Shown: one piece after another, positions 36,194-48,700 of the stretch | How positions within the stretch are numbered: position 1 is the first letter of the stretch | How the letters are laid out: each line of letters begins with the position of its first letter | Assembly (NCBI GenBank): GCA_965644315.1 | Contig: CBFFRQ010000179.1 | Coordinates: forward strand, 1-64,000 | Reading direction: 5' to 3' | Origin: Caecitellus pseudoparvulus | Taxonomy: Eukaryota; Protista; Bigyra: Bicosoecida | Length of the DNA: 64,000 nt | Notes under the pieces: model-generated | Seen by the model: only the letters and a program-made list of their open reading frames with translations | Database searches by the model: none | What the model was told of the DNA's origin: nothing | Made by a program: the position numbers and the translations under genes

Positions 36194-37559
36194 TCACAAG
36201 TCTGCAAAGAAGCCCCCTGCGCCGCGCGAGGCCAGCTTCGCCGAGCCGCCGCCCAGAGCAGCCCCACGCAGGTCAGTGTCGCCGTCGGAGTCACTGGACA
36301 GCTCTTCGTCCTCATCCCGCCACACGGAGGTGGCCGCCTCTGCGCCCAGCACTGTGCCTGTGCCTCGCGCAGAGGTCTTGGCTGCCGCGGCAGCAGCCTG
36401 CAACGCACCGCTCGCAATGCCCGCCCGAATGCCGCTGATGTCCCAGAACTGCACCGACTCGCCGTGGGCGGTGGATGCGACCAGGTCGCCGCCCCTGCTC
36501 AGTGCGATGCGCTCCACGCCGCCGTCCTCATGCTGCCCCACCAGGGCCAACACTGCGTTGGGCTGCACGCTGATGGCGCGCAGATTGCCGTCGTCTGTGC
36601 CAGCCAGAACGACATCCTCCGTCAACGGCAGCAGGCAGTTCACGCTGCCTGGGTGCCCTGGGTACCTGTCACTCAAGTCCTCCCACTTCCCCCAAGTGTA
36701 TGTGGCCAGCACACCGTCCGTGGTGCCTGCCAGGAATTTCTTGCCGCCCTTGACCACGGCGCCACAGGTCAGCTCTTCCTCCAGCTGGTCGCTGCGACCG
36801 ACGACGGAGCCATTGCGCAGGTCCACCACGGACAGCGTGCCGTCCCCCGCCGTCACCAGCAGGCTCTGCTTGGCCAGCACTGGTGTGAAGCTGGTGATCA
36901 CGTCGGCGTGGTGGCGGAGCTTGTACGCGACCTTGCGCGAACGCACGTCCCACACCTTCACCACGCCGTTGTCGTCGCCAGTGGCGAGGATGTGCCCTGC
37001 GAACAGGCTCATGGCGTTGATGGGCGCCCTGCGAAGGGTGGGGCAGTGTTGCGCGAGGGCCAGTCGTGCACAGTGACTCTGCGGTCGGCGCCGTACTTGT
37101 GAGCACCCTCCTGCTGCCACGCGACCGCCCCATTTTGGTCCAAGCCGCAGATGCTCTTATCGCTGGAGGCCGTGAAGAGATCTGTGAGGGTGCAGTGGGT
37201 GTGGGGTGCGTGAGCCAGGCTCGCAATTTCCGCAGGAAGAGCGAGGCGACCGAAACGCACTCAGACCGTCCGCAGAGAACTGCATGCACCGCACCGAGGA
37301 AAGGTGATGCGTTAAGGTGGCCATGAGGACGTTCTCAGTGACGCCATACTTGTGCCTGCACTTGCGGGGCGGCAGGGCGACGTTGCCTGCGAGGCGGTCA
37401 AGTTCCGCAACGCGAACCCACGCACAGCTCGAGACTGCCGTCAATCAGCCCGACTGCGATGACATCCTGTGTGGGGTGAAAGGCAATGTCAAACACTGCG
37501 CTCTTTGTTTCGATGTCCTGTGGCTCCGTGGGCCCGCCAGCCGCCGTGGCAGCGGCCAT
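36194..37559 (-). CDS. WDR55: WD40 protein WDR55/JIP5 (four exons)
   Basis: FDIAFHP, FSADG..LFTASSDKSI, LATGDDNGVVKVWD, GDGTLSV.DLR, SDQLEEEL, WG.W....DRYPGHP.SV, C-terminal FFADL. Confidence 0.87.
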
Positions 37560-37745
37560 GCTTGATGTTGCTTTGGGCTGAGAAAGGCGGCCCGGCCAAG
37601 GAGCGAGGGCCAGCCCCACGCTGCACCCTGTGAAATTACGGTACGACACTGGGCAAGTTGCTGCCGTAGGCAAGATGTGGGATTGTGTATTGTTGGTGGC
37701 CGGCGGTGGCTGCTCTCAGCCGCCAGCCGTAGCCCTGCCAGCACC

Positions 37746-38618
37746 TCAAAAGACGGTGATGAGGGCGAAGCAGGCAAAGAGCAGGAAGGAGGGGTACGCC
37801 AGCAACCACCTGTGCTCCCTCATGTGCGTGGTGGCCTCGAAGAACCGCACGGAAGAGTACGTGCTCCAGCCCACGGCGCCCAGGGTGAGGATGCTGCCAA
37901 GGATGCCGGTCATGGACACGAACACAGTCAGAACAGCGATGAGGATGATGGGCAGCAGGCAGTAGCCGAAGACCGACAGCACGCGTGTGAAGCCGATGGG
38001 GATGTGGTCCGAGTCGTGCGCCGTGCTGGACATGAGGTTCAGCACAGTCCACAGCGCGCCACAGCCCAGCAGGCCGAAGGAGTAAATGTACCCGAAATGC
38101 ACCTTGCCAGTCTGTGGTGACGGAGAGGGGGTGTGTGGGCGGGACGGGGCGTGCACGCTGCCCTGCCGCGGCACGCACAAAGAGCAGGCAGAAACCCAAC
38201 ACCAAGCAGAAGACCAGTGGCCCCGCCAAGTCCGAGTCCTGCATGAAACTCTCATTAATCGGGCGCATGGGGTTCAGCACTTCCAGGGTTTTTTCCTTGA
38301 TGTGGTCGGGGTAGATCTCCAGCTCCTCCAGCAGCGGGATGGAGTCATCCTCATCATCGTCGGCGCCAGCGAAGCTGCCGCCTGGGCCACCCCCCATGCT
38401 GCCCATGCTGCCCATGCCACCCATGGATGGCGGGGGCTGCATGCCACCACCCCCTCCACCACCCATTGCTGCACCAAAGTCCGTGGCACTGGGCCCCTCC
38501 CCGGTTCCTTGCTGTGAAGTTCGCGAGCGTGGCGGGTGAAACGGCAGGCGAAACGCACGCAGCGTCATTGGGAGTCGTTTCCAGCGCAACGTACCCCCAT
38601 CCAGCCCATTCCGCCCAT
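37746..38618 (-). CDS. YIP1: YIP1/YIPF5-family Golgi membrane protein (three exons; start approximate)
   Basis: PLLEELEI...HIK.KT..VLNP, DSDLAGPL.FCL, GKVHFGYIY, SV.GYCLLP, L.AYP..L.FACFALITVF. Confidence 0.92.
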
Positions 38619-39140
38619 GGAATCAAATCCAGATGGTCCAGTTTGGCCACTAGGCCCCTGATGGCGGAAGCGGCAGCTCAGATGGTGTGCCTGGCGCGCT
38701 TTCACGTGGAACGGCTGCGGCGCAGGTTGCGCACCTGGTTCCACGCGCCGTGGTTCATTGTGCCCGCTTGGTGGACGAAGCAGCTCAGCAAGCACGGTGG
38801 TGCACAGCAAAGGCACTAGAGCACGGGTCAATCTGTATGCGGGGCCATGCAGAGGGGCACGCGAGGTGTAGGGAAGGCAGGAGCTGTGGAAGGAAGGGCA
38901 AAACTCACGCGTGCTAATGAGGAGCGATGGCTGCGCCTGTCTACGGGCTGTGCAGTGGCGAGCGAACAGCGATGACGAACGTCAATGCAGCCACATGCAT
39001 GACAATGAATCTGTGCCAGCAAATGTGCGGCCGCCAGGCGAACTGCCTCAGTTGCTGCGTGCATTCGTACATGGCACCGCAGCTCAGACTGGGGCGAAGC
39101 CCAGGCCCGCACTGCATAGCGGTTCGCCGCACATGCGCGT

Positions 39141-41209
39141 TTAGATGAGGATGGTCTGCTCGCCGCATGCCAGGCCAGTGTAGCCTTCGAAGCAGCCGCA
39201 GGTGCCGGTGGCGCGGTCGCAGACGCCACGGCCGGAGCACTCGATGTTCTCCACGTCAATGTTGTTGAAGCCATCGGCGCCGTCAATGGTGGCGTCGGTG
39301 GTCTCCTCGCATTGCACAGTGATGAATGCCAGCTCGAACTCGTCCACATCCTCAGCGCCAGTGCCTGATGTACCCAGGTTGGTGGAGTCGATCTCCACTG
39401 TGGTGTCAGCCATGACGGAAGAGATGTCCACAGCATATGTGGTGCCAGACACGACGGGGAAGTCCTTCAGCATGCCCAGGAAGGTGTAGGTTGACCCCAC
39501 AACGCCCAGTGCACCGTCCAGATCATCTGATGCGGCCGCTGCAGTATCAGCAGCCAGCTTGGCGGTGGTTACGCCGGCGCCCTTCGCCCACACGCGGAAG
39601 TCAGAGCCATCCTCAACCGTGACGATGGATACGGATCCCTGATACTGCGTGGAGGTGGCACCAGAGCAGGTGGCACCGACAGGGCATGTCAGGACGGAGT
39701 TCTTGGAGAAAGAGATTGTGCTAGCAGCATCAGCGAAGTTGCTCCCAGTTCCAGCAGCGCCCATCGCAGAGACGAAGCGGGGCTGCGTGATCTTGGGGCG
39801 GCAGCCGGCGGCACCGCAGCCGTATGTGGTCATGTCAGTGCCGACTTGGCGGGAGTGGGGGCACATGAGCAGGTTCTGTTGGCCGAAGTTGTTGCCCTCT
39901 GTGGTCTCGTGGTGGAAGGTGACGTAGTAGGACACCGTCATGCCAGTGGCAGTGGAGGTGGTGTCAGGGAACACATCGGCGTCCGCGGCTGAGTCAGAGG
40001 ACACGGTCACATCGCGGATACGGAAGTTAGGCACACCCTCCAGGGCAGCTGCAAGGGCATCCTCTGCTGCGTCAGAGTCGGTGGCACCACCAGCACCAAG
40101 TGCGTTGACTGTGCCTGCCGCGGTGTGCAGCGAGGCTGTCGTTGCCCCATCTGCATACTCGCCGAACAGCTTGCCAACGGTGGCAGTGTAGAAGGTCTCC
40201 CCAGCGTACGACTTGAACTGCAGGGCATAGTCAGTGTTCTGCAGCTTGGCGTTGACAAAGGCAGCGTCGCTGTGGTCACCATGGAAGGAGAAGGTGACCT
40301 TCTGCACCTGCTCAGTGTTGCCAGACTCGCACACCGTCATGGGGTCGTCGCCGTGGGGGCAGATGCGCTGGGAGCAGTCAGGGCCAGTGTAGCCACCGTC
40401 GCACTCGCAAGACAGGATGGCCTTCTCGTCCCAGGAGTACGCGTTCCAGCTGCCAGCTGCCAGCTTGGCGCCAGAGTAGGAGTCCAAGTCTGCCAGCATG
40501 CGGCACTTGCCGTGGCCAGAGCAAGAGTTGGGGCAAGCTGAGCGCTCGCACCCGCGCCCCTCATAGCCGTCGAAGCACTGGCACGTGCCAGTGGTCTTGT
40601 CGCAGATGCCCTTGCCGGCGCACTCGGCGTAGGAATGGGGGTTCTCGGGGTCGTCCACAGCCCAAGCCTCGACAACGGGGCAGGCGCGCTGAGAGCAATC
40701 GTACCCCTTAAAGCCCTTCCAGCATCGGCACTGGTCGTCAGTGGTGCATGCGCCGTGGCCACTGTGGGGGGTGGCAAGGGTTGCGGTATTTGCAGGCGTT
40801 GTGCGTTTCAACGCAACACTGGCAGGGCAGGCTTGCCATCAGACACACGGCACGTTGGCGCGCAAAAGCAAGATCAAGCAAAACAATGGGGAAAGAATTT
40901 GCGTTTTGTGCAGTTGGCCACGCAAGACAAGCCGGGCACAGCACGGAAAGTGCGTGAGCATGTGGTAAGGCAGACACCAGCGTGCTTTGCGCACGCCAAC
41001 CATACACCTGGGCGCAGGGCAAAAAGCACGCCTCACCTGCACATGGAAGGGCAAGAAGCCAGGGCAGCGGAGGCTGCTGCGGCCACGAGGATGGCCGTGA
41101 TGGTCTGTGCAGCGGGGAAGCGTGCAGAAATCAGTGCAGGTGTGAGAGTCACTTCTCCATGCATGAAACGCTTGCTTCTCTGCCTGCACCTTGCTGCACG
41201 TACCTTCAT
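39141..41209 (-). CDS. Tubular mastigoneme protein (Sig1/Mas-like, tenascin-type EGF repeats); exons 41209-41204, 41104-41037, 40761-39141
   Basis: Signal peptide MKTITAILVAAAASAALA, CPSMCSGHG.C, ECAGKGICD..TG.C.CF.GYEG..C.R..CPN.CSGHG.C, DCSQRICP.GDDP.T, C-terminal ECSGRG.CD..TG.C.CF.GYTG..C..Q. Confidence 0.9.
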
Positions 41210-41421
41210 GGCTGATGCTGGCTGCTGGCATCAGAAGGTGATCATGGAAGTGGTGGTGAGTTGGGGGAATGCTTTTGACGAGCAACAGTGCCAGACTACG
41301 TAGTGCTCTGAAGGCAAGTACGAGGGGGGGTGAGGAGGCAAACGAGGGGGGGTGCATTTGCCAGCGCTGCCCAAGCAACGCGGCCTGCAAGAGCGAGTCA
41401 CAATATATACAACAAACAAAA

Positions 41422-43309
41422 TTACTGGGTGGCTGCCGCTGGGTCAGTGCCAGGGCTGCTCTCGATGGGCGTCGGGTTGCCGTCGGCGCTCCACGTGCGC
41501 TGCATGTGTGCCAGGCGCATTGGTGTGAGGCTGCAGAAGGCACTGTCCGAGGCTTGCTCTGGTGCACGTAAGGCACTTCCGCCGCCCAGCGAATCGAGGG
41601 GGTCCAGGACAAGTGCGTCGCCCAGATTGGTCGTGGAGAAGAGCCGGCGCTTGGCTGAAGGCGACGCAAGCCAGGCTGCAGAGCGGGTGCGCTTTCCGGA
41701 GGGGGAGATGACGTGGGAGTGGCTTCGAACCGGGCGCTGGGGGCACGGGATGGCGTCGATGAGCAGCTCGATGTCTCCGGCGTGGGGTGTCCCCTGCTCC
41801 ACTGTGCCAGGCAGGGGGGCGGGTGTGACAGGGCGCGCCTCGGTGTCGGTCTTACCCACTGGAGGGGCAGGAGGGGTGGCAGGAAATTGAATCTGGCCAT
41901 CTGCTGCTTGGCTTGCAGGCGCTCCCTGCGTGATCTCCGCCGCAGTGACTTCCGCTGTAGGCGCGCTGGGCGTCGGACCGCCCTCTGCTGCAGCGAGCAC
42001 GACATCTGGCGTGGCCCCCTCCGTGTCGGGGGAAACCGCTCCAGGCGTTGAGGCTTCACTCTCAACAGGCTGCGGTACCCACCACTGCAGGCTCTGGCCC
42101 GGTGGCGGCGGTGGAGCGCTCCGCAGTTGGCGCACGGAATCGGCGATCCAGGGGTGCTCCAGCAGGTCCTGGGGCATGGGGCGCTCTGCAGCGTCAAAGA
42201 CCAGGCAGGCCCGCACAAAGTCCACCGCGAGCTCGGGCGTGCCGGGGGGGAAGGGCGGCGCCACCGTGCAGCCCTTGTCCAGCTGCAAGCCCACTCCCTG
42301 GAACGTCAGGCAGAACGAGGCAAGGACACCCAGAGCATAGGCATCTGCCTTCCTGCCGTCCAGCAGGCGCGGTGCATCACGCCTCCAGTACTCGGGGGGT
42401 GAGAAGCTGCCCCTGGCGATGGACTCCTTGCGCACAGCGTAGGCGGCGTCAGGCAGGCTTGCCAGGCCAGGAGCGAGAGGGTTCTCCTCCGCAGCTGCAG
42501 CACTTGAGGCAGACGTGGAACGGCTGCCGGCAGATCGCTTGGGTGCTGGTGTAATACCGTGGTCTGTCCGGGCGCACTTTGCGAAGCCGAAGTCGGCCAG
42601 GGCGGGCGTGTCGTCCTCCCGCAGCAGCACGTTCTGCGAAGGGCGGTGCAGGCGATGGGTGTGGGTGAGGGATCGGTCCAGGAATTGGGACTGGGTGTAC
42701 ACACTTCGTGCTTCAGGTCCAGGTGCATGATGCCCACGGCGTGCATGCGGGCGACGGCCAGCACCATCGCCGCCAAGACCTCCCTCGCTGCACCAGGCTC
42801 TGGCGCCATCCCAGCACTTGCCCTGCCCTCCAGGTACGAGTACAGGTCTCGTGGGTAGCGAGGATACACCAGCTTCTTCTGAGTGAGTTGCAGAGGTGCC
42901 TCAATGATCTGTGCAGGTGCGAGAGGCGGTGTGCCTTGTGGAGCCTGCGAGCGCTCTCGCAAACCGTCGGCGTGCCGCCGTCGCAACATTTCTCTGGCAA
43001 GGACTTCCCGCACGTCCCGAGCAGCAGCGCGACGCACTGGCGCAGGGTGCGCAGGTGCAGAGTCAATACACAGAATCGTGGTAATTTGATGCACCACTGG
43101 CAGCTAGGACATGTGCATCGACTCACGTGCGGGTGTGTTCCCAGCGTGTGCAGCAGGCGCAGGGAGGCTGCTTCATTGGCGCAGTTTGTGAACTGCCTGT
43201 AGGTCTTCAGAACAGCCGCCTGCCCGTCCACTGTGCAGGCCAAGACAACACCTTCCCCACCCCTCCCAATCTCCTCCGTGAGCTGCTGCACGACTGGCTG
43301 GGCCTCCAT
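41422..43309 (-). CDS. Ser/Thr protein kinase, non-RD (HLD), three exons, long Pro/Ser-rich tail
   Basis: IGRGGEGVV, AVLK, HPH|II, MHLDLKHE|NVLL, LADFGFA, GSFSPPE, KADAYALG, LLEHPWI. Confidence 0.87.
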
Positions 43310-43491
43310 TTTTGGAGGGGCAGTTGCGCGGGAGCTGCTGCAATTTCCGCAGGTTCGAACCAGCGGCGTGGTGAGCTTGAATGAAAAGTATGGGATATGA
43401 AAGTGATATGCAGTGGGTGTTTGCAGGAATGAATGCATATGGGCGTGGTGGTGAATGGGTTCGGCTCGACTGGGAGCGTCAGGGGGGGGTC

Positions 43492-45595
43492 TCAGCTAGC
43501 TGGCGTTGACACCTGCTGCTGCGCGAGGAAGGCCGCCGCCGTGCACAGTGCCTGGGAGATGCTGTGCGCCCTTGCCGATGTTGGCACCTGGGACGTGCTT
43601 ATTTCAGGGCTCATGCAGCCCGCGTTGGCGGTCCATCGCTGTTGTGCAGCCTGCAGCTCTTCGCTAGCCGCCTGCAGCAGTGCGGAAACGCGTGGCGACC
43701 TGGCTGTGACTCGCGCGGCCGTCCGCAGTGCAGCTGCGGCAGCAGACATGGAAGCGCCATTTCCCACTGTCCCCGATTCCAGTGCACACCGTATGGCAGC
43801 ACAGCCTTCCCACCAGCTTTGGGCCGCCAGGTCACAGGAGGTGCTGGCCACTGCGCTCACGGCTGCCGCAAGGGGCGGTGCTTGGCATGCACGTGACAGC
43901 AGCCCATAGGCGACAGCAAGCTGAGAGGGTTCAAAAACTTCACACAACTGGAAGCTAAGGAAGGCACTGTGCACGTCAGCCTGCAGCCTTCGTTGCTTGA
44001 CTGCGTAGCGCAGCGACTCGGGTGACTCCGCTGCCGCATCGCCACGGCGCACCAGGCTGCCGTCTGCCCTCTGGTCCTGGCGCTGCACTGCCTGCCGCAA
44101 TACAGAAGCCTCTCCACGCGCAGTGAGGTGTGCCACCCCCCCCGCGGAAGCCCTTGCCGCAAGTTTACCCTGGGTCAGGCGTGACAGCCCTGCAGCCGCC
44201 ACCGTGACACTGGTGGTGTACTCGCCTTCCTCAGAGGCACAGCCCTGCAGCCCGTGCACATCTGTGCGCAGCAGCCCTGCGTTGACCCGTGAAACGCAGC
44301 ACCGAACGCCAACGCAGGAGTCGGCCAAGTTTGCATCGCCGCTGAAGCTAGGCAGCACCCCGGCCGCGTCGGCAAGAGGCAGCACACAGGCGCAATCAGG
44401 CAGAGCCAGCACACCCACTGACGCTGCCGCCTCTTGCAGTGGGAGGGGGATAGGCCCCGTGCTGAGCAGCAGCGTCACCCCTGCCGCGTGCAGGCCTGGC
44501 AACTGGGCTTCAGCGGCGTCGAGGTCATCCCCACACAAGGCGCCGTCAAGCAAGGCTGCCTTAGTGAAGTGTTCAGCAGGCGGCAGGGCATCCACCAGCC
44601 AGTGGTCCAGAGGGTGCACTGCGTGGACGAAGGTGCCGGCGGGCCAGGGCGCGGGTGCCGCTTCCCGACCCCGCAGGATGAACAGTGTCATGCCGAGTGT
44701 GCTGAGACAGCCCTGGCCCAGGGCACTGTCCACCGCTGTACGCGTCACAAGGCACGCGGCCGTGTCCAGACGGGAGGCGAGGGCTTGGGCAGTGGTGCTT
44801 GGGAGGTGCATGGAGTCTGCCAATGTATCCAGCGCAGTGCCCCACGAGCCGCTGGCGAGGTCGACAGGCTCCGACAGACCACGCAGCGCAGGATTTACAA
44901 CGTCAGAACCAATGCGAGCAGCTTCCAGCGCAGCCTCTCTGCGGGAAATCATGATTACAGGGTGGGGTATGGCACCAGCGTGTTGCGAGTGACACAGCAT
45001 GCAACACTCACATCCACTCGTCGGCCTTGGTTTCACCTTCCAGCAGCCGATACCAGGCAGCGGCCACCGCCCGTGTAAGGTCCAGTACCTCCACGCACGA
45101 CTGCGTTCAGCAGGTGCGATGGGGAGCAAAGGGAATGAAAATGGGCAGCGCGCGTTTCACTGTGAAACGTGAGGCCGACGCACCAGGCCATGCAGCGTGC
45201 TGTACGACGTGCCTGCGTCCACGAACAGCGTCAGATCTGCATCATCACTGTGAAGTATATTCATGATTGTCAAGGCGTCCCTTGTGAGCCGCACATCGTC
45301 TTCATCTGCGACCCAAAGTGGGTGCGGAATGTGAGCCTGGCCTGCAGCACATGTCTCTGGCACATTCGTCACCCACCCACGACAGCCTTGCAGCTGGCAC
45401 TCCACGGCATGCTGGCGACCCAATCCAGTCGGCCCAACACTTCATAGCTGCAGCCACCAGCCATGCATGTCCTGAGGACTGCCCTGCCACACCGCAGGCA
45501 AGGCGGAGTGGCGTGTCTGGCTCTGGACGCCTGACAGCGGCCAGGCGGAATTTCGAGGCAGCAGGCAGCTTGCGCATAACCACAAGCATGCACAT
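43492..45595 (-). CDS. Degenerate group II chaperonin-like protein, possibly BBS12-like (multi-exon; 5' exons uncertain)
   Basis: LTRDALTIMNIL resembles the T.DG.TIL motif; AALLDGAL, GVTLLLSTG, L.DSCVG and WWEGCAAIRCALESGTV.NG resemble remembered BBS12 segments; not verified by search. Confidence 0.45.
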
Positions 45596-45744
45596 ATGTA
45601 TTTCCAGTGGCTTGCAGGTCAGTTCGGAATGTTGGCGGCCTTCATTTTCGCAATGGTTACAGCGGTTGCTTCGCATGGCGCAGGGTGAAGCAACGGCCTG
45701 CTCTTCGGGAAACTTCGCACACCAGGCAGCCTACTCGGCCCTTT

Positions 45745-48700
45745 TCAGGGACTGGGACCTGGTTCTGCCGCCCCGCTGCCCTGTGGCTCCAGGATCCACC
45801 ACAGCACGGTGTCTGGCGCGAGCTGGTGCGATAGCTGTTCAGGCAGGCAGTGCCGGATGCTGTCGATGCAGAGTGGCGATACGACGGGCGCCACTTGAGC
45901 AGCTGCATCCCGACAGGCCTCAAGCAGGGCAACCAAGAGGGGATACACTCCACGCGGTACTATGCGCGAGTTCAGCACTCTCAGAAGTGCCAAGCATGCC
46001 AGGAGGTCGTCTGGCGCGACACACACACCCCGCCAGTCATCGGAGTCTGGCGCGCTGTCGGCATCTGAACCAGCGACGCACAAAGCATGGTACAGAAGCG
46101 CTGCTCCGTGCAGGGCCAGGGGGGTCAGCCCCCCCTCACAGCCGCTGCACAGCGCTTGCAGGCAGTGGGAGAGGCGGGGGTGGCGGATGAGTGCGAGGAG
46201 GGGGGACAGGGGTGGGGCCGCAGCGGGCAGTGACTCCTGAGACTCACGAGCACGGTATGGCCGTGCCAATGCATCCAACCAGGGTGACGTCACCGGCAAC
46301 ACAGCGTGCTGCCTCCACACATGCAGAATACCCTGCGCACTGTCAGCCGAGCTTGCGCCAGGTGCACAGGAATCCTCGTGGCTTGGGACGTCTGTTGCTG
46401 CTCCAAACCAGCTCTGAATGCGTTCAAGGAGAAAGCCACCGCTCCCTGAAGCCGAGCTAGATGCAGGCGTAGGTACACTTTCAAGCAATGAGTCAACAGC
46501 CATCTGCTGTGCGGCAGAGATTATTTGCTGAGTTGCGCGGCGGCCGCCCAGGCCTGACACGTCCACGTTGAGCAGGCAGGAAATGTTGGGCAGCGTGTGG
46601 CGGAAGCCAGACGGCAGGAACACCATGGCGCCTGTGGCAATACAACAGCGGAAAACACAATCTTGCTCTTCCTGGCTCTGTTTGTTGATGAGGGCTGCAG
46701 CCGCGTCGCGCACGATGCATGATGGCAGCAGCGTCGAAACAGGCGCATGCAACCTGACCTGCTCTGTTTCAGGCATGACAGCCTGCTCCTCCACGACCGC
46801 CACAAGTGCTGTACCCTCAGCAGTGCGCAAGAGAGAAGCACAGCGTTCGCGAAGTGCTTCGGCACCAAGCTCTGCGGCAATTCCTTGTACGAGGTGCAGC
46901 ACGAGGCTGACCACGTCGTCGCCGGCATCCCACAACGCCCTCTGCCACCCACACGTGCGCATACCAGGAAGCAAGGCACAGTAGGCGTCTGGGGCGCAGG
47001 GGGGCGCGCCTTCTCCGTCATGCGCCGTGTTCGACACGCAACTCAGCAACGCTTGAGTCACGGCCGTCACGCCGTCCTCCCACGCCCAAAGTGACGCCAG
47101 GCACAGTGCGTCGAGAAACGGAAGAATGCAGGCGCAACTCGTTGCAGTGCTCGGCCCTGCGAGTGTGTGGGCCTGCTGGGCGGCGGGCCAGACTGTCGGG
47201 CCCAGGCATGCAGCCAGGGTCACTGCGAGTTCCGCTGTCGAGGGGAGCGAGCCGGTGCTGGCCAGGTGCAGGCATACCAGTCCCCCTTCCACCGACGGCA
47301 CTCTGAGTGGGATGCCGGATGCAGTCTCTGCACAGGACTGTGACATGCGCACAGCGGCTTGCAAGTAGGGGCAGGGCAGGCCTGCGGCTGGCGTGTGAGG
47401 CACGAGGGCGCATTCCCAGGTAGGCGGGGCGCCGCTGGGGGCTTCAAGTGGGTCTAGCATCTGGCGCCAGCCCGGGGGAACGAGGAGTGCACTGAAGTCA
47501 TCTTCGGGCACAAGAGCGAACGTTGCCTGGGCCGGGCGCCCGCCGCACAGCAGCAGATTCAACCAGCCCCGCTGGCCGTGAACAGACAGCGTGTCGCTCA
47601 GCGCAATGGCAGCTGATAGGATCTGCGCAGACAAAGAGGCGTTCACGAGGGACTGTCTGACGAGGGCATCTGGCACGGGCCCTGTCTGCGCCGCGTGCCA
47701 AATGCGTTCCTCGAGGGTTGGCGTTTGGATCTGCAGCCGTTGGCGCAGCTGCTCCACCACTGCCTCTTGCAGCCCGGCGGCACAGGCAGCGCTGCAGGCA
47801 TCGGCCACAGGCGCTGTAATGTCGCAGGCAGAGTGCTCTGCGGTGGCGCTGAGGGAGGGTGGTGCGCGTTTGGGCAGGGCTTCGGACAGGGAGGCGAGGG
47901 ACATGCCCGCCCGGCCCAGCTGCAGCAGGCACCGGAAACGCGCACGCAGCACGCAGGCGTGCACGATGGCGCGTTCATCACCACGTTCCAGGCTCATGTG
48001 CCGCCTGGAGCTGTCCATGAGTTCAGGGGCTGCCTGGAGCAGCGCGCCAATGACACTTTCCCGCGTGCCAGAGCTGCTTGAAGCGGGGGGGAGACGTGTC
48101 GGCGCTGGCGAGGCATGGCCGGGTGGGAACCTGGCTCGCACGGCTTCGGGCAGCGACGTGGAGGTGCCCCACAATGCGCTTGGTAGCGTCGTCAAATGCT
48201 GCCACACTCGCCCCACAGATGTGTGCTGCAGGCACTGTGCGGCGAGCTGGTCAAGTGCCGGGCAAGCCTCCACGTCGGCCTGTACGGCCACCTGCAGCAC
48301 AGTGTGCCCTTCCAAGTTCCGCAACATCGGGTGCAGGCCGTGTTGCAGGAGGCACAATAGCGTCTCGGTGTTCCCCATGCGGGCGGCCAGGTGCAGGGGC
48401 GTGTCGCCACAGGGCACGGGGCCAGGCAGAAGCAGTGCAGCCACGCCTGGAAACCCCGCAACGAGCTCAGAGGCGGCCTGCCTCGCGAACACCGATGCAA
48501 TGGTGTCTTGGGCACCAAAGGAAGTGTTGGCCAGCAGTGTCGCACACGCTGCTCGCATCTGCTGCCGCTGGTGTGGTCCGCACTGCAGGCTGCCAAGCAG
48601 CGCCTGCATGTGTTCTGCCGAGCCAAAAGCCGCCACAAGGTGCAGCAGAGACACACAAGTTGATTCACAAACACACAATTTGAGCAAATTCCGGCCGTGC

